From: an archaeon
GTDB lineage: Archaea > Iainarchaeota > Iainarchaeia > Iainarchaeales > 1-14-0-10-31-34
Length of the DNA stretch: 64,000 bases
Reading direction: 5' to 3'
NCBI GenBank assembly: GCA_024277355.1
Contig: JAJRVL010000005.1
Location: 24,428-88,427 of the forward strand
Shown: positions 18,021 to 26,916 of the stretch, in pieces
How positions within the stretch are numbered: position 1 is the first letter of the stretch
Layout: the number at the start of each line of letters is the position of its first letter
Made by a program: the position numbers and the translations under genes
Notes under the pieces: model-generated
Told to the model about the DNA's origin: nothing
Database searches by the model: none
The model's input: the letters and a program-made list of their open reading frames with translations, nothing else

Positions 18021-18611
18021 TCACCTCTTAGAGCTCTGTTTCTTTTTTCTTGCTTTTGTGCCTAATGGTTTCTTTGGTTCAACTCTTCTGTGATCGTCAA
18101 CCATTAAAAGCCTGTCATATTTAATAAACATTTCTTTTAATTTTTTGTCATTAGTGTATTCAACTATTGCTTTGGCTATTACGCTTCTTGCAGTAACTGC
18201 CTGCCCCATAAAGCCTCCGCCCCTGACATTTATTTTTATGTCTGTTTCTTTCAATAAATCTCCTGCTAATTTTATTGGCTCAAAAATCATGTCTTTTACA
18301 TATTTTGGTTCAATAAATTCAAGTTTTCTTTTGTTTAATGTAATTCTTCCTTTTCCTGTTTTTATTACTGCTCTTGCAACTGCTGCTTTCTTTTTTGATT
18401 TAACCATCATTCCATATTTTTTGCTTCTTTTAGCTTTCTTTTTTTTCTTTTTCTTTGATTCTGTTTCAGCTTTTTCTTCTTCTGTTGACTCTTTTTTTTC
18501 TGTTTTAGTTTCTTTTGCTGATTCAACTGGTTTTTCTTTTGCGTCTTCTTTAGTTTCTTCTGTTTTTTTTTCAGTTTTTATTTCTTTTTTTTCCTGTTTT
18601 TCTTCTGCCAT
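18021..18611 (-). CDS. rps9: Ribosomal protein S9 (uS9) with ~65-aa K/E-rich N-terminal extension
   Basis: The C-terminal core [19 protein letters not shown]...RRVE.KK matches S9. The N-terminal tail is [17 protein letters not shown]... Confidence 0.9.
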   Translation of the reverse strand: MAEEKQEKKEIKTEKKTEETKEDAKEKPVESAKETKTEKKESTEEEKAETESKKKKKKKAKRSKKYGMMVKSKKKAAVARAVIKTGKGRITLNKRKLEFIEPKYVKDMIFEPIKLAGDLLKETDIKINVRGGGFMGQAVTARSVIAKAIVEYTNDKKLKEMFIKYDRLLMVDDHRRVEPKKPLGTKARKKKQSSKR

Positions 18612-18615
18612 TAAA

Positions 18616-19035
18616 TCACCATTTTGCTCCGAGCAGTTTGCTTATTTCACTTAATTTTACTGTATTTCTGTTTGTTTTGTTTTCTGCTTCTTTTATGTTT
18701 TTAAATTTTGTTTCTTTGAATTCTTCTGGAATTCCAATATAAATTTTAAGTCTTTTTTCTGCTTCTTTTCCTCTTTTTGTTTTTCTTGGAAGCATTCCAA
18801 TTACTGCTTTTTTCAGTAATGCATCTGGTTTTCTTGGATATTTTGGTCCATATAATGGATTTGATTTAACTGATGCACTTCTTTTTTTTGCATATCTTTC
18901 TAAAACATATTTTTTTGTTCCTGTAATTAATATTTCTTCTGCATTAACTATTATTACTTCGTTTCCGTTAAGTAATTTTTCGCTTACTTTTGATGCAAGC
19001 CTTCCCATTATAAGTCCTTGTGCATTTATTTTCAT
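18616..19035 (-). CDS. rpl13: Ribosomal protein L13 (uL13)
   Basis: INAQGLIMGRLAS...IIVNAEEI pattern. Confidence 0.9.
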   Translation of the reverse strand: MKINAQGLIMGRLASKVSEKLLNGNEVIIVNAEEILITGTKKYVLERYAKKRSASVKSNPLYGPKYPRKPDALLKKAVIGMLPRKTKRGKEAEKRLKIYIGIPEEFKETKFKNIKEAENKTNRNTVKLSEISKLLGAKW

Positions 19036-19048
19036 TTTTTTTTCACCA

Positions 19049-19405
19049 TTATTTTACAATCATTAAATCTTTTGTATTAATTTTCAATGCTTCTTCTAAT
19101 TCAATTATTTTTCCTTTTTTTTCTGAAACTTTTTCTTTTGCTTTTTCAGAGAATTCTAATGCAGCAATGTTTAATGTTTTAGTTAATTCTCCTTTGCCTA
19201 AAACTTTTCCTGCAACTACTAATGTTTTATTCTGGAATTTTTCTGAAATTTTTTCTAGTTTCCATAAATTAATACTAACTCTATTTCTTCTTGGAGTAGC
19301 TATTGCTTTAGCTATTTCTTTCCACATTTTTTTGTTTTTTCCTTCTTTTTTAAGCAAGGAAATTAATTTTTTTGTTTTTTCTTTTGTTGGTCCAGTTCTT
19401 TTCAT
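19049..19405 (-). CDS. rpl18e: Ribosomal protein L18e
   Basis: Conserved position between rpoD and L13 in the archaeal operon. The N-terminal region GPTKEKTKKLISLL fits L18e. Confidence 0.8.
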   Translation of the reverse strand: MKRTGPTKEKTKKLISLLKKEGKNKKMWKEIAKAIATPRRNRVSINLWKLEKISEKFQNKTLVVAGKVLGKGELTKTLNIAALEFSEKAKEKVSEKKGKIIELEEALKINTKDLMIVK

Positions 19406-19452
19406 ATTATCACTTTTCTATTTTTTGATAAACCTTTTTTTTAAAAAGATTT

Positions 19453-19500
19453 GAGGGATTTATCCCTCGTTTTTGTTCAACCTTTTTTTTAAAAAGGTTG
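19453..19500 (-). terminator. Two AT-rich hairpins followed by T-runs, 3' of tRNA-Leu (candidate terminator or processing signals)
   Basis: GAGGGAT-TT-ATCCCTC at 19453-19468 and CAACCTTTTTTTTAAAAAGGTTG at 19478-19500, each followed by oligo-T on the minus strand. Confidence 0.3.
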
Positions 19501-19501
19501 A

Positions 19502-19665
19502 TGCAGGAGGAGAGATTCGAACTCTCGAAGGCACTAAGCCACAGGATATCTTCGAACATTTTTTTCTTTTTTGGCAAATCTTTTTTTAGAAAGGTTTTTT
19601 GATAAAACTTTTTTTTAAAAAAGTTTTCTTAAGTCCTGCCCCGTTGACCGCTTGGGTACCCCTGC
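19502..19665 (-). tRNA. tRNA-Leu(UAA) with an ~80-nt intron at canonical position 37/38
   Basis: Hand-folded: acceptor GCAGGGG/CUCCUGC, A73 discriminator, D-arm, anticodon stem CAGGA/UCCUG, loop CUUAAGA (anticodon UAA), long variable arm, T-arm GAGAG-UUCGAAU-CUCUC. Mature length ~84 nt; CCA is not encoded. Confidence 0.8.
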
Positions 19666-19666
19666 A

Positions 19667-20239
19667 TTACATTTTATTTACTGCTTTTTTCAGCTCCTCT
19701 GCTTTTGCTTTTATTTCTTCTACTGCTTGTTCTATTATTTCTTTTGGCTGCATTCCACCAAATGATTCAACATTTACTGTAAATACATCTTTATTGTAAC
19801 TGTAACTCATTATTCCAGGAAGCCATTTTGTGTGTGTTCTTCCTGAATCAACTGTTGCTTCCATTTCTATTTTTATTTTTTGTTCTTTTCCTAGTTTTAA
19901 TATTGGAATTTTTTTATCTATTACTTCTATTTTTGGGTCAGTGCTTCTTATGTCTTTTGAATAAACAGTACAAGGTCCTTCTTTTTCAACCATTAATGTT
20001 ACTGTGTCTTTTTTCTTATATGTTTTTGTGTCTGTTTGGATTGGAAGCATACCTAATCTGTGTGCCAGCATTTCATTAAACATTACTGAAGTGTTTTCAT
20101 AAATATTTACGTTGTCTACTGCAAAACTTTTTACATTTACCTGAATGGCTCTTCTTATTGCATTGACTAAAGCAGGAGTTGCTCCTTTAACTGAAAATTT
20201 TATTGTTCTGTCATTTTTTTCTATTTTTTTTATTTCCAT
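19667..20239 (-). CDS. rpoD: DNA-directed RNA polymerase subunit D (Rpo3), short form
   Basis: Conserved operon position between S11 and L18e; 190 aa, so it appears to lack the Fe-S/domain-3 insertion. Confidence 0.8.
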   Translation of the reverse strand: MEIKKIEKNDRTIKFSVKGATPALVNAIRRAIQVNVKSFAVDNVNIYENTSVMFNEMLAHRLGMLPIQTDTKTYKKKDTVTLMVEKEGPCTVYSKDIRSTDPKIEVIDKKIPILKLGKEQKIKIEMEATVDSGRTHTKWLPGIMSYSYNKDVFTVNVESFGGMQPKEIIEQAVEEIKAKAEELKKAVNKM

Positions 20240-20248
20240 TTATTCCAC

Positions 20249-20632
20249 CTACTTTTTCTTTCCTCTAAATCTCTTTTTTTTCCTGCATCCGTCATGAGGA
20301 ACTGGTGTTACATTTTCTATGCTTCTAATTCTTAATCCTGCTCTTGTAAGGCTTCTTATTGCTGCTTCTGCACCTTGCCCTGGGTTTTTTGATCTTATTC
20401 CGCCTTGTCCTCTTACTTTAACTATTATTTCAGTTAAACCTTTTTCTTTTGCTTTTCCGGCAATTGTTTCTGCGACTTTCATTGCTGCATAAGGGGATCC
20501 TTCTTTATGCTGTGCTTTTACTACAACTCCGCCTGAACATTTTGCTATTGTTTCTTGACCGGTTATATCTGTAAGTAAAATTATTGTATTGTTGTGTGAT
20601 GCATAAATATGAATTATTCCTTTTTTATTCAT
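20249..20632 (-). CDS. rps11: Ribosomal protein S11 (uS11)
   Basis: GIIHIYASHNNTII and the C-terminal RKKKRF motif. Confidence 0.9.
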   Translation of the reverse strand: MNKKGIIHIYASHNNTIILLTDITGQETIAKCSGGVVVKAQHKEGSPYAAMKVAETIAGKAKEKGLTEIIVKVRGQGGIRSKNPGQGAEAAIRSLTRAGLRIRSIENVTPVPHDGCRKKKRFRGKKK

Positions 20633-21350
20633 TTTCTACACCTTTATCCTTTTTATCTTTGGTTTCTGTTTCAGTTTTTTTTTCTTTTTTAGAATCTTTC
20701 TTTTCTTTAGGTAATTCTTCTTTTACTGCTTTTGCTTTTTTATCTTCTTTTTTTTCTGTGGTTTCTTTTGTTTTTTCTTTGACTTCTTTTTTAGTTTCTT
20801 TTGTTTCTTCGCTTGTTTCTGCTTTTACTTTTTCAAACTCTTTTTTTAAGTCTTTTTTTTCTTGTTTTAGTTTTAATTCTTTTTTATAGTAAGTTATTTT
20901 GTTTTCTTCGTCTTCTTTTACCATATATGATGGTGTTGAAACTTTTTTTCCGTTTATTGCTATATGCCCATGAACTATAAATTGTCTTGCTTGTTTTGTT
21001 GTGTTAGCTAAACCTTTTCTCCATATTATTGTTTCTAATCTTCTTTCTAAGAATTCTTCAATTCTTAATCCTAATACATCATCTAGTGTTGCGTTTCCTT
21101 TTACTAACCCGATTTTTCTTATACTGTCAAGTAATTCTTTTTCTCTTTTTAGTCTTTTGTCTAATTCTAATGCAAGTAATTTTCTTGCATTTTGTCTTTT
21201 ATTTTTTAGTGTTTGTTCTATTCCCCATAACTCTTTTTTGTTTTTTAATCCATAGGTTTCTTTTAGTTTTTTTTCTTCATCTAATCTTTTCTTATCCCAT
21301 GGTTTTCTTGGTCTAAGGTATTTTTTCTTTGTTTTTTTTGGGTCGCCCAC
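20625..21350 (-). CDS. rps4: Ribosomal protein S4 (uS4) with K/E-rich C-terminal tail
   Basis: PRKPWDK...GLVKGNATLDDVLGL...RQFIVHGHIAINGKKV (S4 domain). Confidence 0.9.
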   Translation of the reverse strand: MGDPKKTKKKYLRPRKPWDKKRLDEEKKLKETYGLKNKKELWGIEQTLKNKRQNARKLLALELDKRLKREKELLDSIRKIGLVKGNATLDDVLGLRIEEFLERRLETIIWRKGLANTTKQARQFIVHGHIAINGKKVSTPSYMVKEDEENKITYYKKELKLKQEKKDLKKEFEKVKAETSEETKETKKEVKEKTKETTEKKEDKKAKAVKEELPKEKKDSKKEKKTETETKDKKDKGVENE

Positions 21351-21359
21351 TTAATTCAC

Positions 21360-21827
21360 CTACTTTTTAGCATCCTTTTTTTGTACTCCGACTGCTGGTC
21401 CTTTTCCTCTGTGAGTGGATTTTGTTTTTTGTCCTCTTACAGTTAAGCCCCAGCCTAATCTTAGTCCTCTGTAACTTTTTATTTTACTTAATCTCTGCAA
21501 GTTTTTTCTTAATTCAAACTGCAGATCTCCCATTATTAAATGTTTATCTTTTCCTGTTTCATATTCTTTCTGTTTGTTTAAAGTCCATAAAGGAACTGAA
21601 AATTTTTCAGGATTTAATACAATTTCTTCCATTTTTTCATCCATGTTTTCTGGAAGGTCTCCCATTTTTGAATCCCATTTTATTCCTGTTTCTTTTTCAA
21701 ATGTTTTTGCCATTATTTTTGATATTCTATGGCTTATTCCTTTTAATTCCATTAATGCTTTTGGAATTCTTTTTCTTCCATCTAAATCTTTGTTTGCTAT
21801 TCTTACAATTAATCTTAGTTCTGCCAT
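21360..21827 (-). CDS. rps13: Ribosomal protein S13 (uS13)
   Basis: LRLIVRIANKDLDG...SYRGLRLGWGLTVRGQKTKS pattern. Confidence 0.9.
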   Translation of the reverse strand: MAELRLIVRIANKDLDGRKRIPKALMELKGISHRISKIMAKTFEKETGIKWDSKMGDLPENMDEKMEEIVLNPEKFSVPLWTLNKQKEYETGKDKHLIMGDLQFELRKNLQRLSKIKSYRGLRLGWGLTVRGQKTKSTHRGKGPAVGVQKKDAKK

Positions 21828-21831
21828 TTAT

Positions 21832-22008
21832 TTACACCTTTTTTTTCTCGCTTGTTGGATACAAATGTGTTATATTGCATCTTCTTTTTTTTATGCCTTT
21901 TCCTTCTATAAAAGCATAATCTCCTTTAACGGATGTTACAACTACTTTTTTTCCTGCTTCTCTTCCTTTTCTTTTAATACATATTCTTCCTGGTTCAATT
22001 AAAGCCAT
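21832..22008 (-). CDS. rpl14e: Ribosomal protein L14e (short, 58 aa; not in the supplied ORF track)
   Basis: Hand translation gives MALIEPGRICIKRKGREAGKKVVVTSVKGDYAFIEGKGIKKRRCNITHLYPTSEKKKV. This is a KOW-like L14e pattern at the expected position downstream of cmk. Confidence 0.6.
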   Translation of the reverse strand: MALIEPGRICIKRKGREAGKKVVVTSVKGDYAFIEGKGIKKRRCNITHLYPTSEKKKV

Positions 22009-22014
22009 TTTTTA

Positions 22015-22526
22015 TCACTCTTTATGCATTTTTTCCAAGTATTTTTTTATTAATCCTATTATGCTGTCTTGGTCTAATTTGTCTGTGTTTATAACTAAAT
22101 CATATACTTGTAAATCATAAATATTTATTCCATAATTATTCAAGAAACTTTTTTCTTGTTCTATTTCTTTCATTTCAATTTTTTCTAATGCTTCTCCTAC
22201 TGGAATTTTTTCTTTTTCTGACATTTTTTTTGCTCTTAATTTTTTGTATGTTTTTAAAAAAACTTTTAAGTCTGCGTTGTTTATTGTCCATGCTGCTAAT
22301 GCATGATCTATTATTATATCATTTTTTTTGCTTCTTGTTCTATTATTTGTTTTATTTTTTCTGTGAATTCTTCTTCTTTTATTTTTTCTATTGGTAAATT
22401 TGTTTCAACTGCAATTCTTTTTTTTATTTCTGCATCTGAAAAATACCTTAAGCCTGCTTGCAATGCTAATAGCTTGCTTAACTCTTTTGTTGTTGTTCCT
22501 GGATAGCTTGTTATTGTTATAATCAT
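22015..22526 (-). CDS. cmk: Cytidylate kinase (archaeal type), needs a -1 frameshift at an A8 run; degenerate P-loop
   Basis: The N-terminal piece 22314..22526 (MIITITSYPGTTTKEL...) and the C-terminal piece 22015..22224 (...YGINIYDLQVYDLVINT...) are joined by an open -1 frame. That frame reads KKNDIIIDHALAAWTINNADLKVFLK, matching the kinase core GNVVLEGRLAGW..DADLKIWLK. Confidence 0.7.
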
Positions 22527-22873
22527 TTTATCCTCTTGACCATTTGCATTACATAATTTTTTGGTTTCATTTCTAATTCATTTTCTTTTTTTTCTTTTGA
22601 AATTATTTTTACTGCTTCATCTATTACTTTTGTTCTGCATTTAGTGCATAAAACTCCTCCAAAAGGAACTGAAGGTCTTTTTTGTGTTTTGCTTAGTTTT
22701 GTTATTTTTCCTGGTCCTTTTGAATGCGGTACTCCTAATAAAGTATTTTTGCATAAACCGCATTTATGTTTTGCTTTTTTTGCTTTGTCATAAAATGCTT
22801 TGCTTTTTCCTTTTACGCTTCTTCTGAATTTTTTCTTTTTTGTTTTATCACTTGGTTTTGTCATAAAAATCAC
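22523..22873 (-). CDS. rpl34e: Ribosomal protein L34e
   Basis: C4 zinc pattern CGLC...CTKC and a basic N-terminus. Confidence 0.85.
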   Translation of the reverse strand: MIFMTKPSDKTKKKKFRRSVKGKSKAFYDKAKKAKHKCGLCKNTLLGVPHSKGPGKITKLSKTQKRPSVPFGGVLCTKCRTKVIDEAVKIISKEKKENELEMKPKNYVMQMVKRIK

Positions 22874-23334
22874 TTCTCAATTATTTTCATTACTGCATTA
22901 AAAATCAAACTAAATATAATGCTTGAAATCATATACCATACAATATATGGAGCAAAGAAAAATTCCGGAACCTGCCATCCAAATACAATAAATGTTTCTT
23001 TTGCATAACTGCTTACTCCTAAATAAAATATTGGTAAAATTACAACAAAGGATGCTATCATAAATTTTTGCATTCCTTTGAACATGTCTTTCATGTCCTG
23101 CATTAATTCTATGTTTAATTGTTCTGCTTCTTTTCTTGATTTTTCATCCTGATTTTTCATTAATTCTTTTAGTTTTTTTTGTTTTTCTTTCATTTTGTCT
23201 TGTTTGGCTTTTTGTTCTTTTTTGTTCATTAATTTTCTTTGCAGTACCTGAGAAATTATTCCCACTAATATTGCAAATAAACTTACATCAATTACTGCAC
23301 TAAATACAACCATTATACTCACCGGAAAAAACAC
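22870..23334 (-). CDS. DUF106-family membrane protein (archaeal Oxa1/YidC-superfamily insertase homolog)
   Basis: TM helices flank a charged coiled segment. It is encoded next to secY, as is typical for archaeal DUF106. Confidence 0.65.
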   Translation of the reverse strand: MFFPVSIMVVFSAVIDVSLFAILVGIISQVLQRKLMNKKEQKAKQDKMKEKQKKLKELMKNQDEKSRKEAEQLNIELMQDMKDMFKGMQKFMIASFVVILPIFYLGVSSYAKETFIVFGWQVPEFFFAPYIVWYMISSIIFSLIFNAVMKIIEK

Positions 23335-23390
23335 TAAAAAAAGGTTTAATACTTTATTATTTGTTTAACATCATTGTTTTAAACCTTGTT

Positions 23391-24767
23391 TTATCCTCCG
23401 AATAATTTCTTCATTAATGGGTTTGTTTCCATTAATTGTTGTTTTGCTAATTCTTCATATAACTTATAAACTATTCCTACTGTCAATAAAATTCCTGTTC
23501 CTGAACCTAATGCTCCTGTTAAATCTGCTAGTCCTGCTAAAAGTCCTACAAAAGCTGAACCTAAAATTGTTATTGGAGGAATATATCTGTCTAAAATACT
23601 TCTAATTATTCTTGGGTCTCTTCTAAATCCTGGAATATACATTCCTGAATTGCTTAATTGTTTGCTTACTGCTTCAGGTCCTTGGCCTCCCATATCAACC
23701 CAGAATTTTCCAAAGACAATGCATGCTCCGACTAAAATTACTAAATAAACTATTGCATGGAATATATCAAACCATACTGCCTGCAGTCCTTCAATTACTC
23801 CAAATGTTCCAACATTTATTGCTAATTTATCAATTAAATCAAATGGTGCACTAACATAAAATGAAACAGTGTTCATTATTGGCCCTAAAAAACCGCCAAT
23901 AAATGGAATATCCGGCGCAATCATTGCCCATAACTGAATATTTGCAAATAAGGCCACTGCTAGAATTACAGGAATATTTGAAACATATAATAATTTTACT
24001 GGAAACCTTCCGCCTGTTCCTTTTCTTCCCATTGTTATTGGAATATTTACATGCATTCCTTCAGCATAAACTACAACAAAAAATACAATTAAAGTTGAAA
24101 CTAAAGGCAGTAAAAGAAGGAAGTCTATTCCTGATGCAAATGATGTAATAAAATTCCATAAAATTCCAGGTGCAATTGGATTGCCTGGTGTTGCAATACC
24201 AAACAGTCTCCAAAAAATTGATTCTGATACTCCGCCTGCAATAAATAATCCTATTCCTGAACCTATTCCATATTTTGATACTACTTCATCTAAATAAAGT
24301 AAAATAATTGAACCAAAAGCAACTTGTAATATTACTGGAACTAACATTCCTGCTGAAGGCTGAAGCATTCCTGAAACAGAATAAACTCCTGCTTCAAAAA
24401 AACATAAAACTATTGCAAATAATTTTTGTAAACCAGAAAATCTTGCTTTGTCTTTTGGATTGCTTAAATCAATGTCAATTATTTTTCCGCCTACAAGCAA
24501 CTGTAAAATAATTGAGGCTAATACGACTGGGCCAATTCCTGCTGTAATTAATGAACCAATTTTTGATGCTAAAATTACCTGTAAATTAGCTAAAGCTCCT
24601 TCAGATGAAGCACTTAAGCCAATTACACTGATGTTTCCCAATACAAAAAACAAAATTAAAGCTAATGCACTCCACATTAATTTTTTCTTTAATGGAGGTG
24701 CAATTTCTGGTGCTTTTACTTCAGGCAGCATTTTATATACTGGTTCTAAAACGTCAAGTAAACTCAT
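23391..24767 (-). CDS. secY: Protein translocase subunit SecY
   Basis: 458 aa with 10 TM helices. The GIGPVVLASIILQLL and GGRFPVKLLYVSNIPVIL blocks match SecY/Sec61-alpha. Confidence 0.95.
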   Translation of the reverse strand: MSLLDVLEPVYKMLPEVKAPEIAPPLKKKLMWSALALILFFVLGNISVIGLSASSEGALANLQVILASKIGSLITAGIGPVVLASIILQLLVGGKIIDIDLSNPKDKARFSGLQKLFAIVLCFFEAGVYSVSGMLQPSAGMLVPVILQVAFGSIILLYLDEVVSKYGIGSGIGLFIAGGVSESIFWRLFGIATPGNPIAPGILWNFITSFASGIDFLLLLPLVSTLIVFFVVVYAEGMHVNIPITMGRKGTGGRFPVKLLYVSNIPVILAVALFANIQLWAMIAPDIPFIGGFLGPIMNTVSFYVSAPFDLIDKLAINVGTFGVIEGLQAVWFDIFHAIVYLVILVGACIVFGKFWVDMGGQGPEAVSKQLSNSGMYIPGFRRDPRIIRSILDRYIPPITILGSAFVGLLAGLADLTGALGSGTGILLTVGIVYKLYEELAKQQLMETNPLMKKLFGG

Positions 24768-25177
24768 TGAATTTTTCCTCCAATGGCTTCTATTTTTTCT
24801 TTTGCATTTTGTGTTACTTTAATGTTTTTTGTTTCAACTTTTATATTGATGTCGCCTCTTCCTAAGATTTTGCCTAAACTGCATTTTTTTCCGTCAACAA
24901 CAAAAATTTCATTGTTTTTTTCAATTAATTTTTTTTCTAATTTAGTGTTTAAGTATTTTTCTAATTCACTTAAATTTATGCTGTCGCCTTTATTTTTTGG
25001 CTTTAATCTGATTTTAGTTCCAAAGTCAACGTAATATTTACTGAATTTATGTTTAGTGCTTCCTGCTCTTCCAACTCCGCCTCTGACTCCGGCTCCTCTT
25101 CTGTTTTTTGTGTTTCCTTTTCCGTGATATCTTTGTCCTCTTAATTTATTTGTTTTTTTACTTCTTCTTACAACCAT
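24764..25177 (-). CDS. rpl15: Ribosomal protein L15 (uL15)
   Basis: G-rich N-terminus RRGAGVRGGVGRAGS and the expected operon position. Confidence 0.9.
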   Translation of the reverse strand: MVVRRSKKTNKLRGQRYHGKGNTKNRRGAGVRGGVGRAGSTKHKFSKYYVDFGTKIRLKPKNKGDSINLSELEKYLNTKLEKKLIEKNNEIFVVDGKKCSLGKILGRGDINIKVETKNIKVTQNAKEKIEAIGGKIQ

Positions 25178-25188
25178 TAAAACACACC

Positions 25189-25650
25189 TTAAATCATTTT
25201 GCTTATTAACTTGTTTATTTCTGTAGCCCTGTAACCTAATACTCCGCCTGCAGAAAAAGCTTTTTTTATTCCTGCTCTTTCAAATCCTTTTTTTGGAGGG
25301 CTTAACCTAAAAACAGGTTTTATTTCTAATTCTTTCAATGAAACTTCTTTTGCAGTTAATTTTTCTGCTAATTCTTTGAATGAATTAATTTTTTTTTCTT
25401 TCAGGAAATCTACTGAAACTTTTTTATTTCCTTTAATTACTGCTCTTTTAATTAAAACTTTTTCTAATGTTTCTGAAGTTATTTCTCCAAAAGTAACATA
25501 ATCCTGTACTTTTTCAACCATTTTTCTTGATTGTTTTTCTTCATTAACTAAAACTAAATGGTTTACTCTGAAAAGCCTTAACATTTTCATTGTATTGTTT
25601 AAGTCTTTTTTTACGCCAATGCTTCCTCTTATTCTTATTACTGCTAACAT
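25189..25650 (-). CDS. rpl30: Ribosomal protein L30 (uL30)
   Basis: LAVIRIRGSIGV...TMKMLRL pattern. Confidence 0.9.
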   Translation of the reverse strand: MLAVIRIRGSIGVKKDLNNTMKMLRLFRVNHLVLVNEEKQSRKMVEKVQDYVTFGEITSETLEKVLIKRAVIKGNKKVSVDFLKEKKINSFKELAEKLTAKEVSLKELEIKPVFRLSPPKKGFERAGIKKAFSAGGVLGYRATEINKLISKMI

Positions 25651-25654
25651 GTTA

Positions 25655-26341
25655 TCACTTTGCTACCTTTTTTTTTATTTCATCTGATACTTTAAGTGAA
25701 GTTGTTTTTGATAAAGCATTAATTGTTGCTCTAATGAAATTTAATTTTGTTTCTGTTGAACCGCTTGTTTTGCTCCATACATCTCTTATTCCTACAAAAT
25801 CAAATACATCTTTAATGTTGTTTCCTACAACTAATCCTGTTCCTTTTGGAGCAGGCATTAATTCTATTTTAACTGATGAGGCTTTTCCTTTTACTTTGAA
25901 TGGAATTGAATGTCCTGTTCCACAAGTGCATTCCCATGAACCGCATCCTTTTCTTATTCTAGTTAAATTTAATTTTGCTCTTCTTGTTGCTTTTCTTACT
26001 GCAGGCCATTTTTCTTTGTGTTTTCCTGTTCCAATTCCTAAAAATTCTTTTTTGTCTCCAATTAATACTGTTGCTCTGAAAGAAAACTGTCTTCCTGCTC
26101 TTCTTACTTTAGTTGTTTTTGTAAAGTCAACCATTTTTTCTTCTAAGTCTGGAAATATATAATCAAGTATTTGCGGTTCAATTAATGGAAGTTTTGATTC
26201 AATTACTTCATTCATTGAAGAAATTTCTCCGCCTTTAACTTTTTTTCCTAAAATTGTTTTTGGAATCCATTCATCTTTTTCCTTTTGTTTTTCTCTTTCT
26301 CTTCTTTCTTCTCTTCCTTCTCTTCTTCTTTCAGTTTTCAT
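25655..26341 (-). CDS. rps5: Ribosomal protein S5 (uS5)
   Basis: GRQFSFRATVLIGDKKEFLGIGTGKHKE and PAPKGTGLVVGNNIKDV blocks. Confidence 0.9.
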   Translation of the reverse strand: MKTERRREGREERREREKQKEKDEWIPKTILGKKVKGGEISSMNEVIESKLPLIEPQILDYIFPDLEEKMVDFTKTTKVRRAGRQFSFRATVLIGDKKEFLGIGTGKHKEKWPAVRKATRRAKLNLTRIRKGCGSWECTCGTGHSIPFKVKGKASSVKIELMPAPKGTGLVVGNNIKDVFDFVGIRDVWSKTSGSTETKLNFIRATINALSKTTSLKVSDEIKKKVAK

Positions 26342-26916
26342 TCTTTTTCACCGTATTTTTTCTTTATTTCATTAAGAGTGTTTTCAAAGTATTCATTTAT
26401 TTTGTTTTTTTCTATTCCTTTTTTTGCGTATTCTGCAAATTCTTTTTTGAATTTTTCTTCATCTAATGAAGTTAAGTATTTTTCAATTGATTTTCCGTTA
26501 ATTTTTTCTTGTTTTGGAAAAGCACTTTCATTAAAAGGAATTTTTAGTTTTGCATCAACTGCTCCTTTTAATGCTGCAAAAACAATTGAACCATGAATTG
26601 GAGTGTTTCTTCCAATATCTAATACTGCTTCTTTTGTATCTTTTGCTTTTAATATACAAATCATTCCAGTTAAATAAGCTGAAGGAATATTTTTTGTATT
26701 AAGTTTCCATCCCAGTTTTTTTAATTCATTTGAATTTGCATGAGATAAAACTTTGTCTCCGTCTTTTTTGTATTCAATTAATTGTACAGTTATTATTTTG
26801 TTGCTTTTTCTTACAACTAATCTTGGCTTATTTCCTTTAAGCAAAGCAAGCCTTTTTTTGTAATCTGTATTATGTCTTCTTCTTCTGAATTTTACTTCAT
26901 AAGTTGAGTGGCTCAC
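26338..26916 (-). CDS. rpl18: Ribosomal protein L18 (uL18)
   Basis: RLVVRKSNKIITVQLIEY...IHGSIVFAALKGAVDAKL pattern. Confidence 0.9.
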   Translation of the reverse strand: MSHSTYEVKFRRRRHNTDYKKRLALLKGNKPRLVVRKSNKIITVQLIEYKKDGDKVLSHANSNELKKLGWKLNTKNIPSAYLTGMICILKAKDTKEAVLDIGRNTPIHGSIVFAALKGAVDAKLKIPFNESAFPKQEKINGKSIEKYLTSLDEEKFKKEFAEYAKKGIEKNKINEYFENTLNEIKKKYGEKE

